A DNA stretch of 64,000 nucleotides from Callorhinchus milii (taxonomy: Eukaryota). Numbering within the stretch: the first letter of the stretch is position 1; the number at the start of each line of letters is the position of its first letter. Made by a program: the position numbers and the translations under genes. Below, one piece after another: positions 12,548 to 26,448 of this stretch. The stretch lies in the NCBI RefSeq assembly GCF_018977255.1, contig NW_024704743.1:13208001-13272000 (forward strand), written 5' to 3'. The notes under the pieces are model-generated. The model saw only the letters and a program-made list of their open reading frames with translations. It had not been told where the DNA came from and ran no database searches.

Positions 12548-14595
12548 ACAGCAACAACAACAACTTTCGCTTATATAACGCCCTCCATGCAGGGTTGCGT
12601 CTCAGAGCGTTGAACAGTGGCGGAGCCTGACTCTGAGCCGGTGGTAGGGGAAGCGTAAGCATGGTCGAAAAGGAAGGTTTTCAAGCGGGACTTGAAAAAG
12701 GGGAGAAAGAGGACAAGGCGAAGGGATTGAGGGAGAGTGTTCCAGAGTTTCGACACGTGGTTGAATGCGCGACCTCGAATGGTGGAGCAGAGGATGAGAG
12801 GGACAAGCAGGAGGCCGGAGCCAGTCAAGCGGGAGTGAGGATTGGGGAGTGAGAGCTTAGAGAGGTAGAAAAGTGCCAGGGAATGAAGGGATTTGAACAG
12901 GAGTGTGAGGATCATGAAGTTGATCCATTTGGTGATGGGGAGCCAATGGAGTCTGGCCAGAACTGGTGTGGAGTGTAGAGTTTGGTCCGGGTCAGTATGC
13001 AGGTGGCAGGATTCTGAATGAGCTGAATATTTTGAATGTGGAGCTTGAGAGACCGGCAAGAAGTGCGTTTGAGTAATCCAGACGGGAGGTGACAAACGCA
13101 TGCAAGAAGGTTTTGGCTGCATTTGGGTTAAGGTACGGTCGGAGGTGGACAATGTGGTGGAGGTAGAGGAAGGCGGCCCTAGTCAGGGACCAGATGTGGA
13201 GAAGGAAGGACAGCTGGGGGTCGACCCGGATGCCTAGATTGCGCGCTGGTTCGGTGAGTCTGAGGGAGAGCCCAGGGAGGTTGAGGATCCACAGGAGTAA
13301 AGACATAGGTGGGAGCCAAAGAGTATGGCTTCGTCTTGTCCACATTCAACTGCAGGAAGTTTGCACCCATCCAGCCTTTGATGTCTGCCAGACAAGCTCA
13401 TAGAACATCTCAGGACTTGGAGTTGGTACTGGAGAAGGCAAAGTAGATTTGTGTCATCCGCATACATGTGGAAGTTTACCCCATATTTGCGGATGACATC
13501 GCCAAGATGGAGCATATAGATGAGGAAAAGAAGAGGGCGCTTTCTCTGTGCTGTGGGCAGGGCAAAAATCAGACTGCAGGGGCTTGAGGAGGGAGTGGAG
13601 GGAGAGGTGTGACTGAAGTTGACCTGTGTTCCAGGACTTTGGCAAGGAAGGGCAGGTTGGAGATGGGATGGTAGTGTGAGAGATTAGAGGAATCGAGGGT
13701 GGATTTTTTGAGGGTGGCATGATGACAGCGGTTTTCAGGTGGAGCGGAGGAGGGAGACTGGTTGACCATGTCGGCCAGCAGGGGGGAGAGGAGGGGGAGT
13801 TGAGCGACCAGCAGCTGGGTGGGGAGCGGGTCGATGTAGAAGATGGTGAACTTCATGCTAGTGATTGTGGTTGAGAGGGAGGAGGGTGAAATCGGGGCAA
13901 AGGAGTATAAGGAGGGAGGAGTGGCAGGAGCCGTGGCAGAGGGAGAAAGCGGTGTGGATGATTTGGGTGGTGTGGATGATCTGAGTGGCATGAAGGGGTC
14001 ATGGGGGTGGAGGACGTTGCAGCCAAGTGGATGTTTTCAGTCTTTGAGGCAAAGAAGTCTAGGACCTCTTTGAACTTGGTGTTTGATGTGAAGATAGAAG
14101 GAGCTTGAGGGGCTGCACGGAGGAGGTGATGGACGGTGAAAAACAATGTCTTTGGATTGTTGTTTGCCTCCAGGATGACGTTGGAGTAAAAATCAGTTTG
14201 GGCCTGTGAAAGGGAGAGGTGGTGGGTGAGGAGGTGCTCGAGGAGGTGGTGAATCGTGAGGCCAGATTTCTGCCATGTGCGCTCGAGCATCCGGGTTTGT
14301 GTTCTCAGTGAGTGGAGATTACTGTTGTACCAGGGGGAGCGGGTGGATTTGGAAACAACCCTGGATTTCAAATGAGCCAGGGAATTAAAGGTTGTGGAAA
14401 GACGGTCATTCAGCAGCTTGATGGCTGCATCAGGATCGCTGTGGGTTGAGGGCCAGAGGGAGAGGAGGTCTGAGGAAAAGAGGGCATTTGTGAGGGACTC
14501 AGGGGGAAGCTTTTTCCACGGGCGGAAAAAGATGGCGGAGGACTTGGAAGAGGGGAGGGGGATGTGGGAGGAGAGGGAGATGAGGAAGTGGTCCA
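12548..14595 (-). mobile_element. L2 LINE ORF2 fragment with 3' end
   Basis: Minus-strand peptides SPWY, YHPISNLPFLAKVLE, FHMYADD, SRLDYSNALLAG, LHWLPI. (gtt)n tail at ~12550. Frameshifted. Confidence 0.92.
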
Positions 14596-15196
14596 AGATG
14601 TGAAAGGCGCTATACAAATGTAATCTTGTTGTTGTTGTTGTTGTCCGAGTTAGCTCTCTGCCACTGTCACTTAGAATAAACTGCCAGGTTTGCTTACAAA
14701 TTCATAGTCACTACACTTTGCAGCGCAGGACTTTGAGATGTTTCGACAATGTGATAAGGTGCTATATCAAATGCAAATTTCTCATCAATAAATGAGAGGG
14801 TTGGTGTCAACCAGGGCAGAAAAATGCAGGAGAATACAGCCAGGAAAGAAAAACAGCAAAACACAAACCAGGCACGGGGGGGGAAAAAACACTACGAGAT
14901 TTACAAGGGGCCAGAAAGGAAAAAATAAAGCAACGGAAACTGCAGAAAAGCATAAAGGGTTTGCCTTCCAGTAAAGCTCTGTTTTTAGTTTATACTCTGT
15001 GCCAGCCATTTATTTTCAAAGCCGGAATCACTATTCTCTACCAGTTCAAAGAGAAATCAGAATGTTGTCCAACCCACAGCTCTGTATGACCCAAATTGAA
15101 CTGGCTGACTGAGGAACAAGCTGACCCTCCAGTGTAATGCTAAGGCAGTGTCACATTGTCAGAGGTCCCATCATTCAAATAAGATTCCTTTCAAAT

Positions 15197-15560
15197 GGAG
15201 TCCCGTAGCATAGTGGTTAGAGCGCTCGACTCGTAAGCGAGAGGACATGGGTTTGACTGCCGGCAATTCAAAACGTTCGGCAAGTTTCCTTACTCTACAC
15301 GGCCCTGTTTACCTAGCAGTAAGTAGGAAGCTGGTTGTTAGTTGATTGGTGGCTCACTTTTCTGGGGGTAATAATCCCTTAAAATTAATAATAATTTGGT
15401 CAATCAATCCATAACTGTTTGTGGGACACTGCTGTGTGTAATTGGCTGCCACGTTTTGCTCACAAAATATGCAGTCAATGACACTTTACAGTATATTCTG
15501 TGAAACGCTTTGTGGCATTTCAATGATGAGGCGCTATATCAAATGTAAGGATTATTATTA
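15197..15560 (+). mobile_element. Same SINE, long subfamily
   Basis: Head, cctgtttacctagcagtaagtagg segment and tail. Confidence 0.88.
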
Positions 15561-15649
15561 CTGCACAAGAGTGTCAGACTAGACTGGGAGCTCAAGGTCT
15601 TCAAACGGAGTTTCAACCTACAACAACTGTACCAATCGAACATGGACTT

Positions 15650-15966
15650 CGTGGAGTTCTGTAGTCAGTGAATAGAGCACTTGCCTCACAAGTGAGAGAC
15701 CTGGGTTTGATTCCCAGCAGGACGAAAACTTGGGCAAGTTTTCTTGCTCCACATGCCTGATGCTAATCCCTCAAGAAAAAAAAATTAATAAATTGGTCAC
15801 TTCAATCCACTACCGTTTGTGGGACACTGCTATGCGCAATTGGCTCCCGCATTTCGCCCAAAATATACAGTCAATTCACTTTACAGTATATTCTGTGAAG
15901 CACTTTGCGATGTCTAGAAGACGTGAAAAATGCTATATCAAATGCAAGGATTATTATTATTTATTA
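15650..15966 (+). mobile_element. Same SINE, short form
   Basis: gtggagttctgtagtcagtg head through caaggattattattatt tail. Confidence 0.87.
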
Positions 15967-17384
15967 TGGACTTACCTAGACTCACACAAATGTTTGGGGG
16001 CTGCTTCTTGATGGACCCCTGGACCATTTCCGGGCTGCGGGCCACAGATTGGCCACCAAGCCTAAGCTTGAGGAAGACTGACACCTGAAAAGCAAAAAAA
16101 TGAATTCCATGTCAATGAAGCTGATTTTCATCCTGACTTAACCGATACATAAATTGATTCAGTTTGGATTTAACCTTATTGAATACACAAGAAATGAATG
16201 GGAATCTTTATTCGTTCAGATCCCTGGTTATTATTATTATCATTATTATTATTATTATAGCTTAATGATGTTGTGTGAAGCGTTTTGAGATATTTTCCAA
16301 ACAATAAAGGCGCTAGATAAAGGTAACTTGTTGTTGTTGACTTCAATTTCATCCAGCTTCTTCAATTATTCATAGGGAGTAATGCAAACAGCCTGCAGTT
16401 TGTACAGGTTCACAGTTATGGCAATTGACCTCCTAAATCCCAAAGTGATTATTTTGCCAGACGCCAGGGAACAACATACTGTGTAGCAGGCCTTCCAAAC
16501 AAGCCTCCCCACGCTGATGTCCCAGCAACCAAGGTCACACTGTCAGACAGGAAGCTGCAAGCTGAGGGAGTGAACAGGGCTGCCTAGCACAGGGACGCCG
16601 TGCAAGTCAATAACTCCCAGCATCATGTCTCCATGATTTATAGGCCTGGGCTGCGAGGTAAACATATGATCAGTCCAAATATGTTGTGGTGAGGCTGGAG
16701 TATTCCCTCACACAACTTTTCTGGCGATGATTCAGGAAAACACTTTATAGCCACAAAACTTTATTGAACAGCTCTGCTGAAAACAAACATATTTGCCATG
16801 GCACTTTTAAATCATGTCAGTAGATCTTGTACAATGACATTTGCAATATAATTTACATTTATACAGTGCCTTTCATGCCAGCAGAATGTCTCAAGATGCT
16901 TCACACAGCCAGTTGGGCAATTGAGCTGGGGATGGGGGAGAGGAGCTACGAAGGAGCTACGGAGCTACGCTTTTCTGAAGGGAAATTGTGTAGGAAAAGT
17001 ACATAAACTGATAAGAGAGGATGAACAGGGAAGTAGTTTCTGAAACACCCGAAGTGACCAAATTTGAAATACTCTGACTATCGATTTACTCCACAACAAG
17101 CCCAGAGTAACCAAGGGGGTATAAAAGACTGAGTGATATTTTCCACCTTATATGTTATATTTTTGTACCCTGGGCTGTCTGTATTATTGGGAAGATTTAC
17201 TTCTCCACCGGCCAAACGTTTAGAGCAGCTGTGGCCAACCCATGGCCCTGCCCCCCATCCACCCACCACCGCCTCCTAAATATTCACAATTGTCTAGGTA
17301 AGTCCATGTTCAAACAATATTCTGTTTATGTTCTTCTCTTGATTGAATATTTCTTGATTTATGGCATAGTAAGGTGAAGTGTGC

Positions 17385-18595
17385 AACCATGGATGGTGAT
17401 GCTGTCAGCGCCTGAGGTGTGGAGGCGCTGATTGGAGCCAATCAGGAGAGCCTCAGTCTTATTAACATTCAACTGAAGAAAGTTAGCTCCATCCAGGACT
17501 TGACATCTGACAGACATTCTGTCAGGGCAGCAGTGGTCCTGGAGTCAAGGGTGGAGGCAGAGAGATAGAGTTCGGTGTCATCCGCAAACATATGGAAGTT
17601 GACCCCATGTCTGCGGATGATGTCACTAAGAGGGAGCATATAGATATTAAAATAGAGAGGATCAAGGACAGAGCCTTGAGTAAAGCCGCATGAGACGGTA
17701 CGGGGGCTAGAGGAGAAAGAGTTTGTGAAGATGACGTGGAGGCGGTATGAGAGGTACGATCTGAACTGTTCAAGGACAGAACCGTGAAGGTTGAGGTGAG
17801 AGGAGAGGCGATGGATGAAGATAGTGTTGAAGGCAGCAGAGAGGTCAAGAAGGACAAGGAGGCAGAGGGAGCCCTGGTTGCAGATGGACAGAATGTCATT
17901 TGTCACTTGGACCAGGGCTGTTTCTGTGCTGTCGGCCGCACAGAAACCCGATTGATGAAGGAAGTGGCGGGAGAGGAAGGAGGGAAGCTGGGAAGCAATA
18001 ACTTGTTCGAGGACCTTGGAGAGGAAAGGGAGGTTGGAGATGGGGTGGTAATTTGAGAGCAAGAATGGGTCCAGCGAGGATTTTTTAAGGATAGGAGTGA
18101 TGATGGCCATTTTTAAAGGGGTGGGAACGATACTAGTGGATAGGGAGAGGTTTATGATGTCTGTGAGTAGAGGGGCAAGGAGGTGGAGCTGGGAGATAAG
18201 GAGAAGGATAGGGATGATGTCGATGGAGCAGGTGATCGGTTTCATGCAGGTTATAGTGGTGATATGAAAGGAGTGGGAGACAGATTTGATGGCGTGGAGG
18301 GAGGGATGGGTGGGGGCAGAGGTGTGAGGGGGAGATGGTGAGGGAGTAGAAAACAAAAGGGCAGAGGCAGCTGAGTGGATCCCCTCTACTTTGGATTCGA
18401 GGAGGTCCAGCATCGCCTTGCAGTTGGCATTGGAGGATGGGCGAGGCATGAGAGGGTGGGTGGAGGAGCCAGTTTGTGATGGAAAAGAAGAGGCTGGGGT
18501 TGTCCTTAACCTCCAAGACTGTCTTGGAGTAGAGTGATGATTTAGTGGAGGTGAGGGCAGAGCGGTAGGATTTGATAAGGTCCAGCTAGATCTAC
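17385..18595 (-). mobile_element. L2 LINE RT fragment
   Basis: 326-aa ORF with YHPISNLPFLSKVLE, LLDLSAAFNT, QGSVLDPLYFNIYM and FADDTELY. Confidence 0.93.
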
Positions 18596-19254
18596 TGACA
18601 AGGCTTCTTTTGTTAGTTGTTTTGTTATTTGCTTTCTCCTTTCCCCCATCTTCCTATTTTCTTTACCCTGTCCTGATATAAAAGGCATGGGAAGAATTTA
18701 TTTCCTTATATCTCTTGTTGAATTTCTGATCAAGCTGATTCAGACATGTTTGATCAAGACTGGGCAAGGACAGGCAAGAGCTCTATCAGTGAAGTCAGAT
18801 ATAATTCTTTTGTTATTTTGCATCAAATTATAATTACAAGACTTGGGTGCGGAGGAGTGAGAGGGGGTTACAGAGGAAGGTGCGTGACTGGAAAAACTAG
18901 ATAGAAATTTGCTGTAAGTTGAACCAACTTGTATCAACAGGTCAAGGTTAGATGCAGAAGCTCAAACTCTTGTGATAGGATAACAAAGGAAGGGAGAATT
19001 AAAGATTTATTGCAACCCATGTCCCTTCAGCTTTAATCTATTTTGCTCTGGGTAGGGCTGGGTGTTCTTAAAAGCCTTTCACAAGCCAAGATACACTTCC
19101 AGCTGTAACTCAGAAATCCTCCCACATCTCCTTCCGAGAACAATTCTAAGAACAGTTGCTTATAACAGCAATATAAAAGAATCACATTTCACTTCATCAA
19201 TATGACTCTTACTTGCTGAGGGGCTCAGTAATTTTCTCTCCTTGCCTATGCACA

Positions 19255-19500
19255 ACAATAACAACTTATATTCATGTAGCGCCCTTCACGGTGGGTAGCA
19301 TCCCAGAGCACTTGGCAGTGGCGGAGCACAACACCGAGCTGGGGGAAGGGGATAGGGGTGGTGACCATAGGTGCAACCTGAAGATGTGGAAGGAGGGGGC
19401 AAGGCAAAGGGATAGAGGAAGAGTATTGCAGAGTTTCAGGCTGTAGTGGCTGTATGCGCGGCTACTGATGGTAGAATGGTGGGCACGAGGGACAATGTAG
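19255..19500 (-). mobile_element. L2 3' end fragment
   Basis: LCNTLPLSLCL peptide and gtgaagggcgctacatgaatataagttgtt tail on the minus strand. Confidence 0.65.
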
Positions 19501-19909
19501 CTCAAATACCCGAACTTATCACAAGAGTGCTTTGGGCGAAGAAGGCCTTTTGGCCTTTAGAGTGGTCAGGAAATGGAATGCACTGATGGAAAGAGTGGTT
19601 GAGGCAGAATCCATATTAGCTTTCAAGAGGGAACTTTAAAAAATCTTAAAAGGAGTAAACTACAGGGGTAAGATTGGCACAATGGGCCAAATGACCAGCT
19701 ACCATGCTGTAAAGTTCTATGATTCCATGGCCCGATTGATCTCATCCTTCCAAAGTACCCATCCTACTGTCTTCCCATCACAACATTGAGCTAGTTTTAA
19801 CATAAGATCTCCCAAGATTGAACAATGTATGGTCAGACCCTATCTGAATTTTTACTTAGTGGAGCGGCAAATCTCTGACCCTATTTGAACTGGAATTTAA
19901 TATAGGTCT

Positions 19910-20250
19910 GATCTCAGTGTGCCTGGTAGTACTCCTGCCTCCAAGTTGGAAGATTGTGGGTTCAAGCCCCAGTCCAAGTCCTCAGCTGGCAATTTTGGCT
20001 GAGAGAGCACTGCATTGTTGGGAAGGGCCATCCCTGGAATGAGACATGAAACCGAGATCCCTTCTGCCGGTTCCACTGATGCTGACAGATGGTTAAGTTC
20101 CCACTGAACTCCTTTGAAGAAGAGCAGGGAGTTGTCTCGTTCAAAATTCACCAAAGCAGATTAAGTTTGGTCATTCATCTTGTTGCTGTCTGTGGGAAGC
20201 TGCTGGCATTTATATAGCTCCTTTCAGCTCAGGGGCACATCTCAAAGTGC
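19910..20250 (+). mobile_element. DeuSINE (SacSINE1-like), diverged
   Basis: gtgggttcaagcccc...gaagaagagcagggagttgtctc...ttgctgtctgtggga. Confidence 0.65.
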
Positions 20251-23084
20251 TTTACACTGATGGCTGGCCAGCAACCTGAGCCAGCGAGAGTGATGCCCTG
20301 AAGAGCGTGGGGAGGGGAAAGGTGATCAAGGAGATAAGTCTTGAGGCAGATTCAGACTAGTTGCCTGCATTACAAAAGTCACCATATTTAAAGTAACTCA
20401 TTTTGTGATGTAGTTTTCATCATCCAATATGAATTACCTCGAAGTTTTGGATCCACTATCCCCGTACCCCAAACAACGTCTTTGGTGCCAACATCCATTA
20501 AATCAGGAGGCACATTTCACTGCCTGTTCATGGAACCCATGCATTTGACCACCAGTGAGATAGTGGGTGTTTACTGAAACGCTCAGAGTAAAGCAGTTTC
20601 TCACTGATCATCAGTGCAATGCAAGACCTTACTTCATTGACATAGACATTGAGAACATTGTGGGACCAGGCTGGTGGGGGGTGGGTGGGGTGGCTGTCTG
20701 CCACACATCCAAGTAATGAACACTCAATATTGTATGATGTAATGAATCATAGAAGAAATACAAAACTCATCAGATTATATTACATACATACTGCTCTCCA
20801 TCTTTGACCACAATCCATTGCAGCTTCAACTAACATTACTGAATTACAAAGGACTACAGGAATGTCATTGCTGCAATGTTTTATCATTTATAACAACAAC
20901 AAAATTATATTTATATAGTGCCTTTCATTTACAAGTTATTAAGCTTGTGACACAATCAGACATAATTCCATTTTTCCAATTAAAATCTTTCTTGAACATT
21001 CTACCTTATGTAATATGAAAAGGGAGAGAGAGAGCAGTGAAGAATATAAGACTGGATGAAAAAGAAGCCAAATCAGCCCATGAATTACACCAGGAACAAA
21101 GCCAGAGCAGCTCAGCATTGACAATGCTCAGATCTGAATTGTCCTGTTTCCTTAGGATCCACTGTGGGTTCAATAGATTCCCTGCTTGAGCATCACATGC
21201 ATGACAGATTTGCTTATCTCTGAGGAGCAAGAATCCAGCCAAAATGAGAATACTGTTCAGTTCATTGTAAACAGTAAAACTGAGGGCTCATTTCCCAGTG
21301 TTCAAATTGTGTTCTATTTCTGTTGGAAACTCATTTTGTAGTTCCACTTTCTTTCACAGTGAAGTAAACTTAAAAAGCTTGTTTTCCAAATGGTCCTAGC
21401 CACTTCCACTGCCTTCTGTAATCACAAGAGAGGCTGAGATGCAGTAAATCCTTAAACCCTTAATCTCATTCCACAATACCCATCTATTATCTTCCTCTTA
21501 GAGCATTAATCTGTTTATTAAATAAATCCAATGTCCTCAATGAATCCAAGTGATCTCAATCATTCTTCCCAATCATGTGTTCCTGGTGTGAAAATCAATA
21601 TTTCCTGCCCTCTTTCCTGAAATTAACTTTCATAACCCTGTAGTTGTGTTCTCTTGTCCTACTGTTTTGGCATATTTGAAAGTGTTGTTTACTTTCTCAG
21701 TCACAATTATGATCTTAACCTCTACAACTTCCCCTTTGAGACAACTTGAAGAGCTTTAATTTATATAGTCAGTTCTCTTAAAGCATCCCTCTAACAGTGG
21801 GGATCATCCTCTTTTCTCTCCTTTTCACTGCCTCTAGGACCTAGTCTGCCTCTTGTCTTTATAAAAATAAAGAGGAAGGGATCCCTAGCAAGTTAAATGT
21901 GAATCCTTTGAGAGGATTGTCTTATCCGGGTGGATGATATTGTTATTAATTCAAAGACTCCACATCAAGTTGCCCTGAATGTCCTACAAGTAATCTGTGA
22001 TTAAGGTTTAGACAATAGAAGTGCAGTCAGAGTCCTTTAGATGAACACTGCTGATGCTGGTATGAATTAAAAAGTTACAGTGAGTAGTGCAGCCGATGTA
22101 TTAGCAAATACCTTTTTTCCCTTTGTGCTCTCTCTCAAACACATACACACACACACAAAAGCAGGCAGTTCAGTCTATCTTACAGCCTCTGTACATGTGA
22201 CCCTTATGGACTGAACTCTGGCATACTCTTATGCCAGAGTATAGTAAACTAAGCAACTTTATTAGCTGTGACTAAGTACAAAAGTTTTAAAATTGGTCAA
22301 TACCAACAAGTTAATTGCAGATAGAATATTACAATACAAAATTATATTTGTATAGCGTCTTTCATGTCAGTAGGATGCCCCAAGGTGCTGATATTGCAGC
22401 ATTTCCATAATCTTATTTCCTCACAAGCTATCAATCACATATGTACCAGAAGTTCTGATCGCTGAAGTAACATTATCTTCTGCCTTGACTATGAGTCCAT
22501 ACTACAGTTCAAAATAAATTCTGCAAGCGTGTGAGCAACATCATATGACTTTTAACAGGATTAAACAGCTTCTCTCTGGAGTGTTGACCGGCATGGGTTG
22601 AGTATGTTGTTATGAGTATCTCCCTGGTCATCTCCTCCCCTGGATCGTGTCATTTCGAACTTACAAATACTTTATGTACTTTTCTCTTAACGTCTTCACG
22701 TTTCAGTAAGAGTTCTTCTCAGACATGCTCTTTCTTCTCCACGTTCCCAAACTAATTTTCCATCTTCAACTTACACATACTGTATATAACATACTGTGTA
22801 TAACAGAACCTTATCAACGCTGTTGATAGATATTCCTTGATTCACCAAATGTGGGCTCTACCCCTTTATTATCACAGAAGAAATTGATTTACAGACTTTA
22901 TCTCCTGAGAGAATTGGAGATTTGGATTCCTCAGGCCAAATACACCAATGATCACTTGCTCCTCTTCAGTGAACGAGAGCCTTGACCAAATGTAACCTTT
23001 TTCTGTAGGTTTTGTGAGAAAACCTTTGGGCAGTGCTTCAGTCTGACCTGCACCATGGAGCTTGGATATGATGCTATTGTGCAT

Positions 23085-23580
23085 CGCCCTCACATTCCCC
23101 CAACCCCCCAGGTGTGAATCACCCTCACATCCCCCCAGTGTGCATTACCCTCACATTGCCCCCAGTGTCCATTACCTTCACATTACATCCAAGTGTGCAT
23201 TACCCTCACATTACCCCCCAGTGTCCATTACCCTCACATTAACCCCCAGTGTCCATTACCTTCACATTACCTCCCAGTGTCCATTACCCTCACATTACCC
23301 CCCAGTGTCCATTACCCTCACACTACCCCCCAGTGTCCATTAGCTTCACATTACCCCCCAGGGTGCAATACCCTCATATTCTTCCCCCCCACCCGGTGTG
23401 AATCACCCTACATCCCCCCAGTGTACATTACCCTCACATTCGTCCACATGTACATTTCCCTCACATTACCACCCCCACTCCCCCATGTGCATTAGCATCA
23501 CATTACCATCCCCACTCACCCATGTGCATTACCCTCACATTACTCCCCCCCCCAACTCCCCTGTGTGCATTACCTTCAGT
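23085..23580. repeat. ~27-28 bp minisatellite (cccccagtgtccattaccctcacatta)
   Basis: Directly visible tandem copies that degenerate toward the 3' end. Confidence 0.92.
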
Positions 23581-25299
23581 GCCCTCAATGGGGGATTTCT
23601 GCTTTGTTAAAGTTGCCATCCTTCAGAATGAGACGTCAAACCAAGGCCCACCTGCCTGTTCAGGTGGATGTTAAAGTTCCCATAGCACTATTTGAAAAAT
23701 GAAAAGGGTTTCTCCTGGTGATCCTGGCCAACATCCCCCAAATAAAATTGGTCACTCACTTCATTGCTGTCTGGTTGTGGTCAAAGAACATATGAAATAA
23801 GAAAAGCTCATTAGCCCAAGCCTCCACAGGGTATGTACTATTTCCCTTCCTACCTGACCTTACAGGCAGATAACTTAAAAATAGGAAAGAGATAAATAGG
23901 GAAGACAAGAGAGAATAAAGTAAGACAGAAGCACAGGTAAAGTGTTTATATGTTTCACTATCTTTCAGCCTGGTGTCAGTCTGGCTCAGTCTGCACTCTC
24001 TCCTGTGAGTTAAAAGATTGCAGGTTCAAGTATCATGTCATGATTTGGAGCTCATAGTCATTTGCTGACTATCTCAAAACTCCAATGTTGTGATGGAGGT
24101 GCCATCCTTCAGATAACGTGTTACCGCAATAATGGGACAATGGTGTGCACAAAGGGCTGCTGCATCCACCCACAAAATATACAATCAATTCACTTGATTG
24201 TATTCTGTAAAGTGCTTTGAGTCATCTCAATGATGTGATAAGGCTGCATATCAAATGCAAGGATTATTATTATATTAAATTTGCATTTAGCATTTATTTT
24301 TAGGGTTTTTATCAGTAATAAAACGCATCCTAATTGTTGAATAGTTTTCTTGTTGTCATACAATATTGGTAGTGTTTTCACCATTACACCTGGAACTGAA
24401 AATGTAATAAACACCAGGAGCCAAGGGTTTCCTGAAAACCACTGACAGTTCCGTGACATGATGCTAACTGGTGTCTCTAGGAGTCTTCTGCATGTTCCTT
24501 ACTCATTGCTCAAGGGAAAACTGCTAATCTCCTGTTTTGTTAATTTTATACTTATGCCTTTGGGTCTGTGATCACAGTTTGAATTAAATAACCTTATTAC
24601 ATCTATATTATTCATGGCTTTCAGCATTTCAAAGACAATTACATTGGAAGAGCATAAGATACAAGGACCCAGAGTTAGTCACGCAAGGGAATTTAAAAGT
24701 GGCTGATGAAATTGGTCATGTCCTGGCGGGTATAGTCAAGGAATCATGTCATGTTCAACGTAATACACTCATTTAATTGTAATGCATTCAATTAAATGTA
24801 ATGCATTATCTTAAGTGTAATATACCTATTTAAACGTAATGCATTGATGTAAAAATAACACCAATTTTAACGTAATGCACCGATATAAATGCTGCACCAA
24901 TTTAAACATACTAATTTAATCATAACACTGTAATTTAAAATTACAACAGATTACACATCTCCTTCAACCACCCTAATGTAGCTGCTTACTTTACTAAGTA
25001 GTTGCTTCATATCCCCCACTCAGACTGGCATTGGCGAGGGAGCTTCCATCCCATTCTGTCCTCACTCTCTGGAACTCACCTCCCCCAGCTCCCATCTCCA
25101 GCTCATGTGCCCATCCAGCATTGCTAAGTGCTTTGAGATGTCCTCTCGACTTGGAAGGGGTTTCATGAAAATCAATGGCATTGTATAGTATTACAGTGCA
25201 CTGATGTAAATGTATCATCAATTTAATTAAGTAATTTTTAATATGTAATATTAAATTATAATGGATTATACATGTTAAACCTAAATTCCACAATAGTAA

Positions 25300-25668
25300 A
25301 TAATAATAATCCTTGAATTTGATATAGTGCCTTATCATGTCTTTGAGATGTCTCAAAGTGCTTCACAGAATATACTGTAAAGTGAATTAACTGTATATTT
25401 TGTGGGCCAAATGCAGCAGCCAATTGCGCAAAGCAGTGTTCCACAAACAGTTGTGGATTGACTAACCAATTTTTTTTTGGAAGGAATTATTACCCCCGGA
25501 AAAGTGATCCGCTAATCGACAAACAACCGGGTTCCTTCTTATTGCTAGGTGAACCGAAGCGTGTGAAGTAAGGAACCTTGCCAAACTTTTCACCCTGCTG
25601 GGAATCAAACTCAAGTCCTCCCACTTGCAGGGCGAATGCTCTAACCACTAAGATACAGCACTCCTCCA
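25300..25668 (-). mobile_element. Same SINE, long subfamily
   Basis: Reverse-complement head, internal segment and tail. Confidence 0.87.
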
Positions 25669-26448
25669 CAATCAGTTGATGCAGGGCATTCTACATAGTC
25701 AAACCTGAAAAAAAATTTGTCTGGACTATAAAAAAACATCCATCTCTTGATTTCTATTGATAACCAAGCATTGACACAGAGCTCCATCCTGATCTCTGAA
25801 ACATCGACAAGTAAGTGGAAGTGCTATATATTTTGTCAGAGAAGGATTGGGAAGCACTGCTATACATTAATCTTCTTTTTCCCTGTGATACAAAGTCCCC
25901 AATGTGTTGTGGTATATTGGCATACTGCACAGTGCATTATTTTTGATAAATTCAGGATTGTGAGACTGGACTGAAGATTTGAGCTACCAAAACAGTAGAG
26001 TATCAGTATTTTACATAAAAAATCTTGCCTGTTTAATTATTGTACTACATCTACAACTGGTGCATAACTTTAAAATCCAATATATTTATGCTAGTTTAGT
26101 CCCCTGGTAAATGCCTCTCTGGCAACTATCTTCCAGTGGTGGGAGGAGTAAGTTGGGTTTCGTTGCAACTGAGCTGGCTTGAATTCAAACCATGAGTTCT
26201 GAATCCATAATTTGCAGCTCTCTCACTACACCATTGGGGACAGCTAGTGCATAGGATTAACATAATCAGTCTCCTTACTCATTCACCAGGTGTATATATA
26301 ATTTAACATTGAAGTATTTTAAAACAGGCACAAACCTCACAATTGGTGACAATAATTATCATAGTCAGGTTTAAATCTTATATTATAGCTATTCTGCAAA
26401 GGGTGATTTAGGAAAGCTTGGAAATGTGAGAAATGTGAAAAAAGGAAA

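Noticed and set aside
17469..18449. 326-aa ORF as a host gene or active RT
   Set aside because: Truncated L2 RT with degenerate motifs and no endonuclease domain or intact ends.
23085..23580. Regularly spaced repeats suggesting CRISPR or telomeric arrays (ttaccc)
   Set aside because: Head-to-tail units without unique spacers, eukaryotic context, and not (TTAGGG)n; an ordinary minisatellite.
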